Shown: positions 23,371 through 31,406, counted from the stretch's first letter. The stretch is DNA of 32,000 nucleotides from Candidatus Minimicrobia sp. QA0096 (GCF_963967315.1 NZ_OZ017288.1:60001-92000); one strand, 5' to 3'. Notes: generated from the sequence alone by a model not told the origin. Numbers and translations are program-made.

Positions 23371-23583
23371 TTACAGCCCCTTTCCTCCCCCATTCATTCC
23401 TGCGTTCAGCAGGAACATGAAGCTGGTGAAGCCTCCGCCTAGTGCCCCAATGGGGGCCGCGGAGGACATGTCTGCGGCAAGCAGGAATGCGATTAGCATC
23501 CCAAGCAGTGCCCCGATTGCGGCGGAAGCGGCGACGACCGCCGCTAATGCTGTAACCATGATGAAGAGAGGTCCGATTTTCAT
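23371..23583 (-). CDS. small Gly/Ala-rich two-TM membrane protein (70 aa), orphan
   Basis: The sequence is MKIGPLFIMVTALAAVVAASAAIGALLGMLIAFLLAADMSSAAPIGALGGGFTSFMFLLNAGMNGGGKGL. An AAGGAAG Shine-Dalgarno sequence lies 4 nt upstream, and the ORF has its own promoter and terminator. It is about 58% G+C by hand count. Confidence 0.5.
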   Translation of the reverse strand: MKIGPLFIMVTALAAVVAASAAIGALLGMLIAFLLAADMSSAAPIGALGGGFTSFMFLLNAGMNGGGKGL

Positions 23584-23662
23584 GACGCTTCCTTTCGAGA
23601 AGTGTTCTTACACTCATGACCAAGGGCTACTTTCGCCCTTTGACAAGTCCGAGCGAAAGCTT
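23584..23662 (-). promoter_or_regulatory. ~79-nt leader with competing CUUUCG/CGAAAG helices, one overlapping the Shine-Dalgarno sequence
   Basis: See the finding at 23248-23715. Confidence 0.3.
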
Positions 23663-23668
23663 GTTAGT

Positions 23669-23697
23669 ATAATACAACTAATTGTACGTAATGTCAA
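23669..23697 (-). promoter_or_regulatory. sigma70-type promoter TTGACA-17 nt-TATTAT
   Basis: The -35 lies at 23697-23692, followed by an exactly 17-nt spacer and the -10 at 23674-23669. Confidence 0.55.
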
Positions 23698-23715
23698 GTA
23701 GATATTTATAAGAAG

Positions 23716-24507
23716 CTATATTTTGCAAATAGCGGTACTGATTGCTGCTAGCGGCGCTTTCGGCGACCAAATCAAGTAGCTTGCGGCGCGGGCGCCGACG
23801 GTTCCCCGCCAAATTGCCATTGGTGCGTCCCATTTTTGGGTGACGACTTCTCCGCTGTGGGCGATTATTAAATTGTCGGCATGAAAAACGCAAATTGTTA
23901 CGGGATATGTGATGGTGAATTTGTGCAGCGCTTCAACGAGTTGTGACAATTGAATGCTGAACGTAATCATTTTTGGATAAAAAATTGCGCGGAATATTTT
24001 CTGAACTTGCGCCAGACTTGCCACGAAAACCACGTGCGGATTGTCCAGAATTTCCTGAAAACTATTTTGCACAAGGTTAATCGCATCTCGCGTCAGCACG
24101 ACGGGAATTTCTGACTTTTTGATCAATTCTTCGTAGACGATTGCCGTTTGACTATTCCGTCCAGCGTCGCCGCATAATAGCAATACATCCGCCCATCTTT
24201 CCAGCGCCAAAGTTTCGGTGAGCGCTTCGTTTGCCAGGCTTCCTGATTGGTTTGTCGGTGCGAATAAAACGTCGGTCATATTCGCGGGAACATTTTTTTT
24301 CAAGGCGTCAGGGAGTAAAACACGAGCCTCACCCACGCCAGTTTTAAGAGATTCTTGGTAACTTTCTGCCACTGCTAAAAAGCCTAATTTGTTACCGCCG
24401 ATGATTCCTAATTTTCCCGCTTGGTCGCGTCGTTCTGGCTTGTTCCATTCGACATCTGGAAAAAGTGGCTTCCCTGGTTCTTGTTTTTGCCAAAATTTCA
24501 TATCCAT
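23716..24507 (-). CDS. YjeF C-terminal/NAD(P)H-hydrate dehydratase-like carbohydrate-kinase-fold protein (divergent)
   Basis: I set the start at ATG 24507 (MDMKFW...), which overlaps the xth stop as TAATG. The stretches GKLGIIGGNKLGFLAVAE, ERWADVLLLCGDAGRN and PVVLTRDAINLV resemble the Nnr2/YjeF_C fold. The C-terminal GxGD-type motif is not conserved (WRGTVGARAASY). Confidence 0.6.
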   Translation of the reverse strand: MDMKFWQKQEPGKPLFPDVEWNKPERRDQAGKLGIIGGNKLGFLAVAESYQESLKTGVGEARVLLPDALKKNVPANMTDVLFAPTNQSGSLANEALTETLALERWADVLLLCGDAGRNSQTAIVYEELIKKSEIPVVLTRDAINLVQNSFQEILDNPHVVFVASLAQVQKIFRAIFYPKMITFSIQLSQLVEALHKFTITYPVTICVFHADNLIIAHSGEVVTQKWDAPMAIWRGTVGARAASYLIWSPKAPLAAISTAICKI

Positions 24508-25307
24508 TACAAATTTACCTCGATACTCACCGGACAATGATCGCTGCCCATCTGTTCTGGATGAATTTGCGGATTAGTAACACGATTTGCAATTTCACGC
24601 GATGCCAGCCAATAGTCAATCCGCCAGCCAACATTTCGCGCTCTGGCGTTTGCCCAGTGTGTCCACCAAGTATACGCGCCAGTTTTTTCGGGGAAAGCCG
24701 CCCGGAAAGTGTCTGTGAATCCAGCGTCCAAATAGTTCTGAAAACCTTCCCTTTCTTCGTCGGTGAAGCCATGTTTGCCAACGTTGGGCTTTGGATTTGC
24801 CAAGTCAATTTCCTGATGCGCCACGTTCATATCGCCGCAATAAAGGACTGGCTTTGATAATTCCAATTCTTCCAGATAAGCCAGCACTGCCTTGTCCCAT
24901 TTTTTATATCGCAAATCTAATCGGCTTAAATCTCCTTTTGAATTTGGAGTATAGCAATTGACAACCCAAAAATCGTCAAATTCGGCGGTGATAATTCGTC
25001 CTTCGTCGGCTGGATTGCCGTATTCATCGCCCGTTAAATCAAACTGCTCAATGATGTTCGGCGGAAAACCGTCGCGCCAACTTAAGGGCGGGATTTTAGA
25101 GAAAATCGCCGTACCGGAGTAGCCTTTTTTGGCGGCGGAATAGAAGTGCTCGTGATAATTCGGCAGGTCAATTTCAACCTGATCTCTGGTGGCCTTAGTT
25201 TCCTGCAGGCACAGAATATCTGGATTGTACGTGTCGATGAACTTCGCAAATTCACCCTTATTTATAACTGCGCGAATGCCGTTTACGTTCCAAGAGAAAA
25301 GCTTCAT
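24507..25307 (-). CDS. xth: exodeoxyribonuclease III (AP endonuclease)
   Basis: 266 aa with the N-terminus MKLFSWNVNGIRA and the C-terminal SDHCPV, placing it in the ExoIII/EEP family. Confidence 0.93.
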   Translation of the reverse strand: MKLFSWNVNGIRAVINKGEFAKFIDTYNPDILCLQETKATRDQVEIDLPNYHEHFYSAAKKGYSGTAIFSKIPPLSWRDGFPPNIIEQFDLTGDEYGNPADEGRIITAEFDDFWVVNCYTPNSKGDLSRLDLRYKKWDKAVLAYLEELELSKPVLYCGDMNVAHQEIDLANPKPNVGKHGFTDEEREGFQNYLDAGFTDTFRAAFPEKTGAYTWWTHWANARARNVGWRIDYWLASREIANRVTNPQIHPEQMGSDHCPVSIEVNL

Positions 25308-25313
25308 AATTTT

Positions 25314-25334
25314 ATTATACCGTGATGATATAAT
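25314..25334. promoter_or_regulatory. divergent promoter pair in a 30-bp spacer
   Basis: On the - strand, TATAAT (25319-25314) lies 6 nt from xth ATG 25307. On the + strand, TGATATAAT (25326-25334) lies 3 nt from ATG 25338 and 9 nt from ATG 25344. Confidence 0.5.
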
Positions 25335-25337
25335 TTA

Positions 25338-26147
25338 ATGAATATGCTACCAATGTACGATAAGTTTTTGGGCGAAATATCAAGCGATTTTATGGACGTC
25401 GGAGGAGTGAAAACTGCTTGCTATTTTTATCAAGGCGGCTCGAATAAAACTATTTTGCTAATTCACGGCATTGGTGGCGATTTTCACGGAATGATTCCGT
25501 TAGCTTATTACCTGAAAAATGACGCGAATTTGATGTTTGTTGACTTGCCTTCTCACGGCAGAAGTCAATTGATAAAAAATATGAAAATGAGCGATATTGA
25601 AAATTGGGCGATGAATTTGATGTCGGCTTTTGGCGTTAAAGGTGTGTCAATTGACGAGGTTGTTGCTCATTCACTTGGATGTTTGGCTGCAAATAAAATG
25701 CAATGCCAGAAAATTTGGTACATCAGTCCTCCGATGAAAACTTCGGTTATGTCGAGAATTTCCTCGTCGTTCTTTTACCGCACTCGTCGGATGAATCAAT
25801 ATATTTATTTGAACTATTACTTTTCGGTGTTCCGTGGGCTGTGTTTGGTGAATAATAGACGGAAAAATGTCGTGGATTTGATACGGTGGCTGACGAAAAA
25901 TACGCAAGTAACGCGGCGGCAATATTTGGAGCAATCGAAAATTGCGCGGGATATTTCTCGGGGTGAAAAAATCATTATTTCTGAGCGCGAATTTACGGGA
26001 TTGATAGTTGGGCGACGAGACAAGATTTCGCTTCCTGTGAACGCCGCCGATGGTGTAAAAATTGATAAATTTGTGGAGCTTGATACGGGACATTTGTCGG
26101 TGTTGGATAGCCCAGAACTGGTTGCCGAATTGATATTGGCGGAATAA
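25338..26147 (+). CDS. alpha/beta-fold hydrolase
   Basis: 269 aa with LLIHGIGGDFHG (oxyanion HG), the nucleophile elbow AHSLG and a C-terminal DTGH. The true start may be ATG 25344, given the position of the -10. Confidence 0.75.
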   Translation: MNMLPMYDKFLGEISSDFMDVGGVKTACYFYQGGSNKTILLIHGIGGDFHGMIPLAYYLKNDANLMFVDLPSHGRSQLIKNMKMSDIENWAMNLMSAFGVKGVSIDEVVAHSLGCLAANKMQCQKIWYISPPMKTSVMSRISSSFFYRTRRMNQYIYLNYYFSVFRGLCLVNNRRKNVVDLIRWLTKNTQVTRRQYLEQSKIARDISRGEKIIISEREFTGLIVGRRDKISLPVNAADGVKIDKFVELDTGHLSVLDSPELVAELILAE

Positions 26148-26152
26148 TTATT

Positions 26153-26161
26153 TGATATACT
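26153..26161 (+). promoter_or_regulatory. extended -10 (TGATATACT) 6 nt upstream of ATG 26168
   Basis: Read directly from the sequence. It lies just after the hydrolase stop. Confidence 0.45.
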
Positions 26162-26167
26162 GTAGAT

Positions 26168-27193
26168 ATGAGTAAGAAAGACGATAAAAAACTAATTGTT
26201 GATATGATTTCTGAGAGCGAATTCACCGTTCAGGGTCATGGTGTGCATACGGCCTTTGTAGAGATGACAAATGCGCTTAAAGATCGTAATGATATTGATA
26301 TTGCGGTGAATAAGGCTCGGTTAGATGCGGATATCGTCCATGTACAAACTACTGGACTGTATTCGATGAAAAAAATGCGTCAATCTGGCGGAAAGAAGGT
26401 CGTGTCTGCTCATGTTGTACCAGCTTCTTTTATAGGCAGTATTAAGGGCGCGAAGTTGCTAGAGCCACTTGCTCGCGCGTATTTACGATGGTTTTACAAT
26501 AAAGCTGACTTGGTCTTAGCGGTATCTGATTATACAAAGAATGAACTGGAAAAAATTGGTGTCAAGAAGCCAATTTCTGTACTATACAACACTATAGATA
26601 CGGCAAAATATGCCAATTCACCGGCGAAGAAGAAATCTGCTAGACGAAAGCTTGGCATTAGCAATGATGCTTTTGTGGTTGTTGGAAATGGTCAAGTGCA
26701 GCCACGTAAACGTGTCGATGTGTTTTTTGATATGGCAGAAAAGATGCCTGATGTGGAGTTTGTATGGGTCGGCGGCGTGCCGTTTGGAGTGATCGCGGCT
26801 GAGAATGGTGCTATGCAAAGAATGATGAATAATCCGCCAAAGAATTTGAAATTTACTGGTGTGATACCACTCGATGAGGTTGCTGACTATTACCGTGCGG
26901 CCGATGTATTTGTATTGCCGAGCGAGCAGGAAACCTTCGGTTTGGTTGTTGTTGAGGCTGCTGCTGCAGGATTGCCTGTTGTCTTGCGAGATATTTCTGA
27001 TTATGACACAACATTTAGAGATGGGGCGGTAATGGCTTCGTCTGATGGTGACTTTGTGAATCAAGTAGATAAACTGAGGCGAAATAAGAAATTTTATAGC
27101 CAACAATGCCGATTAGCAGAAAAGATTGCCAAACGTTTTGACAGCAGTGCTGGCGCTGAACGATTGGTCGAATTTTATCGATCGCTGATATAA
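26168..27193 (+). CDS. GT4-family glycosyltransferase
   Basis: 341 aa with the GT-B C-terminal EX7E region, VLPSEQETFGLVVVEAAAAGLPVV. Confidence 0.85.
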   Translation: MSKKDDKKLIVDMISESEFTVQGHGVHTAFVEMTNALKDRNDIDIAVNKARLDADIVHVQTTGLYSMKKMRQSGGKKVVSAHVVPASFIGSIKGAKLLEPLARAYLRWFYNKADLVLAVSDYTKNELEKIGVKKPISVLYNTIDTAKYANSPAKKKSARRKLGISNDAFVVVGNGQVQPRKRVDVFFDMAEKMPDVEFVWVGGVPFGVIAAENGAMQRMMNNPPKNLKFTGVIPLDEVADYYRAADVFVLPSEQETFGLVVVEAAAAGLPVVLRDISDYDTTFRDGAVMASSDGDFVNQVDKLRRNKKFYSQQCRLAEKIAKRFDSSAGAERLVEFYRSLI

Positions 27194-27194
27194 A

Positions 27195-27203
27195 TGGTAT
27201 AAT
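27195..27203 (+). promoter_or_regulatory. extended -10 (TGGTATAAT) 9 nt upstream of ATG 27213
   Basis: Read directly from the sequence. Confidence 0.45.
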
Positions 27204-27212
27204 GGGGCTATT

Positions 27213-28511
27213 ATGAGGATAGGACTTTTTACGGACAGCTACAGACCGTCCATTAACGGTATCGTTTACGTTGTTGAATCATTAAAGCGCGAGCTGGAAG
27301 CTTTGGGGCATGAGGTTTATGTTTTTTGCCCAGCAAAGTCTATTAGTCCGTCCAAGCAAGCCGAACTCCTCCACGAAGATGAAAATAGTCGAATAATTCG
27401 TTTCCGCTCAATTACGGGTGCGTTCTTTGATGATTATGACACGTCGGTGTTCTTCCCTCCTGTGGTGCAGCGTCAAATTGCCAATATGAATTTGGATGTG
27501 GTACATATTTTTACACCATCGCAAATTGGGCTATTGGGAGTGAAGGCGGCGAAGAAAAATAATATTCCTTTGATTATCCAGCATTGTACGGATCTATATG
27601 AGTTCGTCGATCATTATCCTGCAGTTTTGCCGGGAGTTTTGGCGTTGGCGGGAGTAGTTTTTCCATTGTCGGTGAAATTGAACGGACAAGATTTGCTGGA
27701 AGTTGCTAAGCTTTATCGTCCGCGTAGTGGCGTAACGAAATGGAATAAAGATATTATTGAGCGCGTCATTACTATTTTATACAGTAAGGCGGATGCGGTG
27801 ATTGCCCTGTCGCGTAAAAGCCGTGATCAATTGGAATCTTGGCAGACCGAAGATTACACGTACGATGTTACTTTAATGCCAAACGGCGTGAATGCTCTTC
27901 CGCGGGCAAGCGCGAAACGAGTTGCGGAATTTCGCGAGCAATGGGGTCTTGATGAAAAAGATGAAGTATTTGGCTTTGTGGGGCGTTTGGGCGAGGAAAA
28001 GAATTTGCCAATTTTGATTCAGGCGTTTAGTGAGTTTATTGCCGAAGCTCGTCCGAAATCGAAGCTATTGTTTGTTGGCGATTTTGAATATCGAAAAACT
28101 TTGGAAAAAATGGCGGCTGAGACGGATTTCGCGGATAGGATTATCTTTACTGGTGCCATGCCGCGAGAAGATTTGGGCGTGGCGTATAAAGTGATGAAGG
28201 TGTTTACTTTTCCTTCGCTTAAAGATACGCAAGGCTGGGTTCTTCACGAGGCTGCTCACGCTGGAAAGCCGATTGTTATTATTGACAAGGAAGTTTCAGA
28301 GGTTGTGAAGGACGGAGTTAATGGCTATTTTGCGGAGAATAATCCAGAAAGCGTAGCAGAAAAAGTGATTGCAATTCTAAAAAGTCCGAAAAAACAAGCA
28401 GAATTTAGTGCTGAAAGTAAAAAATTAGCCAACAAGTTTACGGAGCGAAGTCAAGTGAAGAAGCTTGAAAAGCTCTATCAAAAGCTAATTGACGCACGCG
28501 AAAATCAATAA
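27213..28511 (+). CDS. GT4-family glycosyltransferase, diacylglycerol glycosyltransferase-like
   Basis: 432 aa. The N-terminus MRIGLFTDSYRPSINGIVYVV resembles glycolipid synthases of the alMGS/CpoA type. It also carries FPSLKDTQGWVLHEAAHAGKPIV. Confidence 0.85.
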   Translation: MRIGLFTDSYRPSINGIVYVVESLKRELEALGHEVYVFCPAKSISPSKQAELLHEDENSRIIRFRSITGAFFDDYDTSVFFPPVVQRQIANMNLDVVHIFTPSQIGLLGVKAAKKNNIPLIIQHCTDLYEFVDHYPAVLPGVLALAGVVFPLSVKLNGQDLLEVAKLYRPRSGVTKWNKDIIERVITILYSKADAVIALSRKSRDQLESWQTEDYTYDVTLMPNGVNALPRASAKRVAEFREQWGLDEKDEVFGFVGRLGEEKNLPILIQAFSEFIAEARPKSKLLFVGDFEYRKTLEKMAAETDFADRIIFTGAMPREDLGVAYKVMKVFTFPSLKDTQGWVLHEAAHAGKPIVIIDKEVSEVVKDGVNGYFAENNPESVAEKVIAILKSPKKQAEFSAESKKLANKFTERSQVKKLEKLYQKLIDARENQ

Positions 28512-28540
28512 ATTCTGAGCCTGGTTCGTAGTCAATGCGA

Positions 28541-29017
28541 TTATCTATTAGAGATGAGTCGCCTGGTTTCCCTGTCTTGGTCGCGGCGTTTGATGGCTTG
28601 GCGCTTGTCGTAATTTTTCTTACCTTTTCCGAGCGCAATTACAACTTTAATAAATTTTCCGTTGGTCAACAATTTGGTTGGGACAATTGTCATTCCCTGT
28701 TTTTTGGCTTCTGTAAAATTGGACAATTGTTTTTTACTTACCAATAATTTCCGCGCCGAAGTGTCGACTGAACGGCTATTTGCTTCTCCGCGAACGTTTA
28801 ATCGCAGTGAAAAGCTGGCATTATTTAGCCACAATTCGCCGTTTCTTAAGCTAACAAATGAACCTTTAAGTTGGACATGGCCTTCTCTGGCGGCTCGCAC
28901 TTCCATTCCAGTTAAAACCAAGCCGGCAACGATTTCTTCGCCAAGTTCATAATCAAACCGTGCGCGACGATTGACAATATTCTGTGTGGCTGGTTTTTTA
29001 GCTTTTGGCTTCGACAT
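28541..29017 (-). CDS. smpB: SsrA-binding protein
   Basis: 158 aa with NRRARFDYELGEEIVAGLVLTGMEV and a basic C-terminal tail. Confidence 0.95.
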   Translation of the reverse strand: MSKPKAKKPATQNIVNRRARFDYELGEEIVAGLVLTGMEVRAAREGHVQLKGSFVSLRNGELWLNNASFSLRLNVRGEANSRSVDTSARKLLVSKKQLSNFTEAKKQGMTIVPTKLLTNGKFIKVVIALGKGKKNYDKRQAIKRRDQDRETRRLISNR

Positions 29018-29024
29018 GGATTAT

Positions 29025-29033
29025 ATTATAACA
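29025..29033 (-). promoter_or_regulatory. extended -10 (TGTTATAAT) 7 nt upstream of the smpB ATG
   Basis: On the - strand it lies at 29033-29025. This is a leaderless-type arrangement. Confidence 0.5.
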
Positions 29034-29088
29034 AAACTTAACGCGACAGTATATTTAGACTAGTTTGGTGCGGCTGAAATATGACTTA

Positions 29089-29097
29089 TGTTACAAT
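29089..29097 (+). promoter_or_regulatory. extended -10 (TGTTACAAT) 9 nt upstream of ATG 29107
   Basis: It supports 29107, rather than 29065, as the ABC-F start. Confidence 0.5.
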
Positions 29098-29106
29098 ATC
29101 TCAAGC

Positions 29107-30765
29107 ATGATAGCCGACATTCACATTACTGAAAAAAGTTTTGGCGATAAGACGTTAATGAAAGACGTCAAGTTCAGTGTGGACGATGACGAGAAAGTCG
29201 GTGTGGTTGGCCGTAACGGCGTTGGTAAGTCGACGCTGTTTGGAATATTGGCGGGCACGGATAATGATTACACGGGAAAAGTCGTTTTTCGCCGTGGCAT
29301 TACGATTGCGACTACGGCTCAGGAGCATCACGGTTTGGGTGAGCAAACGGTCATGGCGTACATTCTTAGTGGACTTCCGGAATATTCCAAGCTGAAGAAA
29401 ATTATTGATGAATACCCATTGACTATGGGCGACAATATGCGAAAGATTGAAGAATATACGCAAGCCCTGGAGCGATTTGATCAAAAAGGATTTTATCAAG
29501 TTGAAGAGAAAATTGAGCGAGAGCTGAGCAATTTTCAATTAGACGGTTATGGTAATCGGAAGATTTCTTCCCTGTCTGGTGGGCAAAAAAGGCTGGTGGA
29601 AATTATTAAAATTATGCACTCGGAGGCACATTTGGCGCTGATTGACGAGCCGACCAACCACATGGATTACGTTGCGAAACAGCAGTTTATTGATTGGATG
29701 AATTCACAGCCGCATCAAGCGATGCTAATCATTACGCACGACCGCGACGTATTAGGACAAGTTGATCGAATTGTTGAGATTAAGGACGGTCAAGCCGTGA
29801 GTTATCGCGGAAATTACGACGCGTATTTGAAGCAGAATGCGCAAGCGACGACAGCTGGAATGAACAATTTTGAGCAGATTGAGAAGCGGATTGTTAACCT
29901 GAAGCAAAAAGTTTTGGACTATCAGCGGCTTAAGGAAAAATCGCGAAATCCCGGCACGATTCAGAAATTTAAGCGGCTGGAGAACGAGGCGCGAGCGGAG
30001 CTGGCGGAATTGTCAGAAATGGAAAAGCCGACGTTTTGGATTGACAAAGAGTCTGCTAGTCAATTGGATTATAAATCGGCGGAGCGTTACGGAAAATTCA
30101 AGTCGCGTAATATTCGCCTGAACATGAAAGACGCTTCCAGTCGTAGTCAGCACGTGTTGGTTCGCGCGGAAAATGTGGCGGTTGGGATTGGTGAGCGGAT
30201 ATTGTTTGAGGATGTGAATATTGATTTGCGTGAAGGTGAAGCGATTGAAATTAGAGGTCGCAATGGCGCTGGTAAGACTACGCTGATTCGGATGATTTTG
30301 GCGTCGGGTAAGAGTTTTGATGGCGGTCCTATTCTTTATTCTGGCGATATTTTCCTTGATCCGCAGGTTCGAATTGGTGTTTATGAGCAAGAAATTGACG
30401 AGCGATATCTGTCTGATCCGCTAGAAAAAGCGATTGAAAAATTGTATATGAGTTGCGATTTGTCGATTTCTGATACGAAAATTCGGCAACTTTTGGCAGA
30501 CTATTTGTTCACGGACGCTGATCGAATGACGCCGCTGGTTCGCTTGTCTGGCGGTCAAAAGGCGCGTTTTCAGATTATTGCTATGTTGGCGAACGACCCG
30601 CAACTGCTGATTTTAGACGAGCCGACGAATCACTTGGATTTGCCGAGTATCGAAGAACTGGAAACGGCGTTGGCCAAATATTCCGGCGCGATTCTTTACG
30701 TCAGTCACGATAATTATTTCCGCGAAAAACTTGGCGGAAAAGTTGTGCAAATTGGCGCAGAATAA
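29107..30765 (+). CDS. ABC-F family ATPase (translation factor-type, no TM domain)
   Basis: It has two ABC cassettes joined by a charged linker: GRNGVGKST/LSGGQKRL/LIDEPTNH and GRNGAGKTT/LSGGQKARF/ILDEPTNH. Confidence 0.9.
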   Translation: MIADIHITEKSFGDKTLMKDVKFSVDDDEKVGVVGRNGVGKSTLFGILAGTDNDYTGKVVFRRGITIATTAQEHHGLGEQTVMAYILSGLPEYSKLKKIIDEYPLTMGDNMRKIEEYTQALERFDQKGFYQVEEKIERELSNFQLDGYGNRKISSLSGGQKRLVEIIKIMHSEAHLALIDEPTNHMDYVAKQQFIDWMNSQPHQAMLIITHDRDVLGQVDRIVEIKDGQAVSYRGNYDAYLKQNAQATTAGMNNFEQIEKRIVNLKQKVLDYQRLKEKSRNPGTIQKFKRLENEARAELAELSEMEKPTFWIDKESASQLDYKSAERYGKFKSRNIRLNMKDASSRSQHVLVRAENVAVGIGERILFEDVNIDLREGEAIEIRGRNGAGKTTLIRMILASGKSFDGGPILYSGDIFLDPQVRIGVYEQEIDERYLSDPLEKAIEKLYMSCDLSISDTKIRQLLADYLFTDADRMTPLVRLSGGQKARFQIIAMLANDPQLLILDEPTNHLDLPSIEELETALAKYSGAILYVSHDNYFREKLGGKVVQIGAE

Positions 30766-30768
30766 AAA

Positions 30769-30793
30769 TTTTCCGCCAGAATTTGACGGAAAA
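30769..30793. terminator. hairpin terminator between the convergent ABC-F and glutaredoxin-like genes
   Basis: The stem pairs ttttccg (30769-30775) with cggaaaa (30787-30793). A T5 run follows on the - strand, and an A5/T-poor flank lies on the + strand. Confidence 0.5.
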
Positions 30794-30814
30794 TCTTGAA
30801 TCGTTTTAAGAAAA

Positions 30815-31102
30815 TTAGTCGGACAATAAGCCGTTTTTTCGTAGCAAATCTTGTAGTTTCGGTCGATCAAAACCAAGCACTAATTCCCCGTTAATATCCG
30901 TTACTGGCACGCCTTGGAAATTGCCGCCATTTTTATTTAGCAACTCCTCTTTTGCGCCAGGATCAGCCTCGATATCTTTGGAAACAAAGTCAATTCCCAG
31001 CTTCTTCAGCCATTCCATTTCCGTGTGGCAAAACGCACACCAGCTAGTGTTGTACACGACAACTTTTGTGTCTTGATGGTTGTTCGTTGTGTCTTCGCTC
31101 AT
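30815..31102 (-). CDS. glutaredoxin-like/NrdH-like thiol-disulfide protein
   Basis: 95 aa with the WCAFCH CxxC motif in a thioredoxin-fold context and GVPVT. A GGGGA Shine-Dalgarno sequence lies 4 nt upstream. Confidence 0.8.
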   Translation of the reverse strand: MSEDTTNNHQDTKVVVYNTSWCAFCHTEMEWLKKLGIDFVSKDIEADPGAKEELLNKNGGNFQGVPVTDINGELVLGFDRPKLQDLLRKNGLLSD

Positions 31103-31129
31103 ATATTCCCCTATTTAATAACACTTCCA

Positions 31130-31138
31130 ATTATAGCA
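31130..31138 (-). promoter_or_regulatory. extended -10 (TGCTATAAT) for the glutaredoxin-like gene (leadered)
   Basis: On the - strand it lies at 31138-31130, about 27 nt upstream of the ATG. Confidence 0.45.
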
Positions 31139-31150
31139 TAACGGTTACGT

Positions 31151-31375
31151 CTATTTAGAATTCTTCGACGTCAAATGCCAATTTTTGCACCACTCGCAGT
31201 GATATATATCAATCGACAAATTCGGGTTTGCTAATTCTTGGATTTCTGCTGCTTGGCGGGCCTTTATCTCTGTTGAGAAGCGACGTTTTTTCTGGCAATT
31301 AGCCAACCCTGAAATTGACATCAATGATGTTTTTTGGCTTTTTTGACTATTTTTTGAATAATTTCGTCGCGGCAT
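31151..31375 (-). CDS. small basic protein with a Cys/His zinc-ribbon-like motif (74 aa)
   Basis: It has C27, then H59-C60-x2-C63-x3-H67 (IYHCEWCKNWHLTS). The N-terminus is Lys/Arg/Ser-rich. Confidence 0.5.
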   Translation of the reverse strand: MPRRNYSKNSQKSQKTSLMSISGLANCQKKRRFSTEIKARQAAEIQELANPNLSIDIYHCEWCKNWHLTSKNSK

Positions 31376-31385
31376 CTTGCAAAAT

Positions 31386-31406
31386 AGTATAACAGATTGA
31401 TATAGT
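31386..31406. promoter_or_regulatory. divergent promoter pair in a 39-bp spacer
   Basis: On the - strand, TGTTATACT (31394-31386) lies 10 nt from ATG 31375. On the + strand, TGATATAGT (31398-31406) lies 8 nt from ATG 31415. Confidence 0.5.

Noticed and set aside
23321-23623. An alternative minus-strand 100-aa ORF overlapping the 70-aa small ORF.
   Set aside because: Its product is Arg/His-rich shadow-frame sequence. The 70-aa frame has the Shine-Dalgarno sequence, a coherent two-TM hydropathy profile and a terminator directly after its stop.
24508-24537. An upstream start (24537) for the YjeF_C-like gene.
   Set aside because: That start would overlap the last 10 codons of xth. The TAATG stop/start overlap at 24509-24505 gives a cleaner coupled start.
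29065-29106. An upstream start (29065) for the ABC-F gene.
   Set aside because: The extended -10 TGTTACAAT at 29089-29097 lies inside this extension. The ABC domain begins with MIADIHI at 29107.
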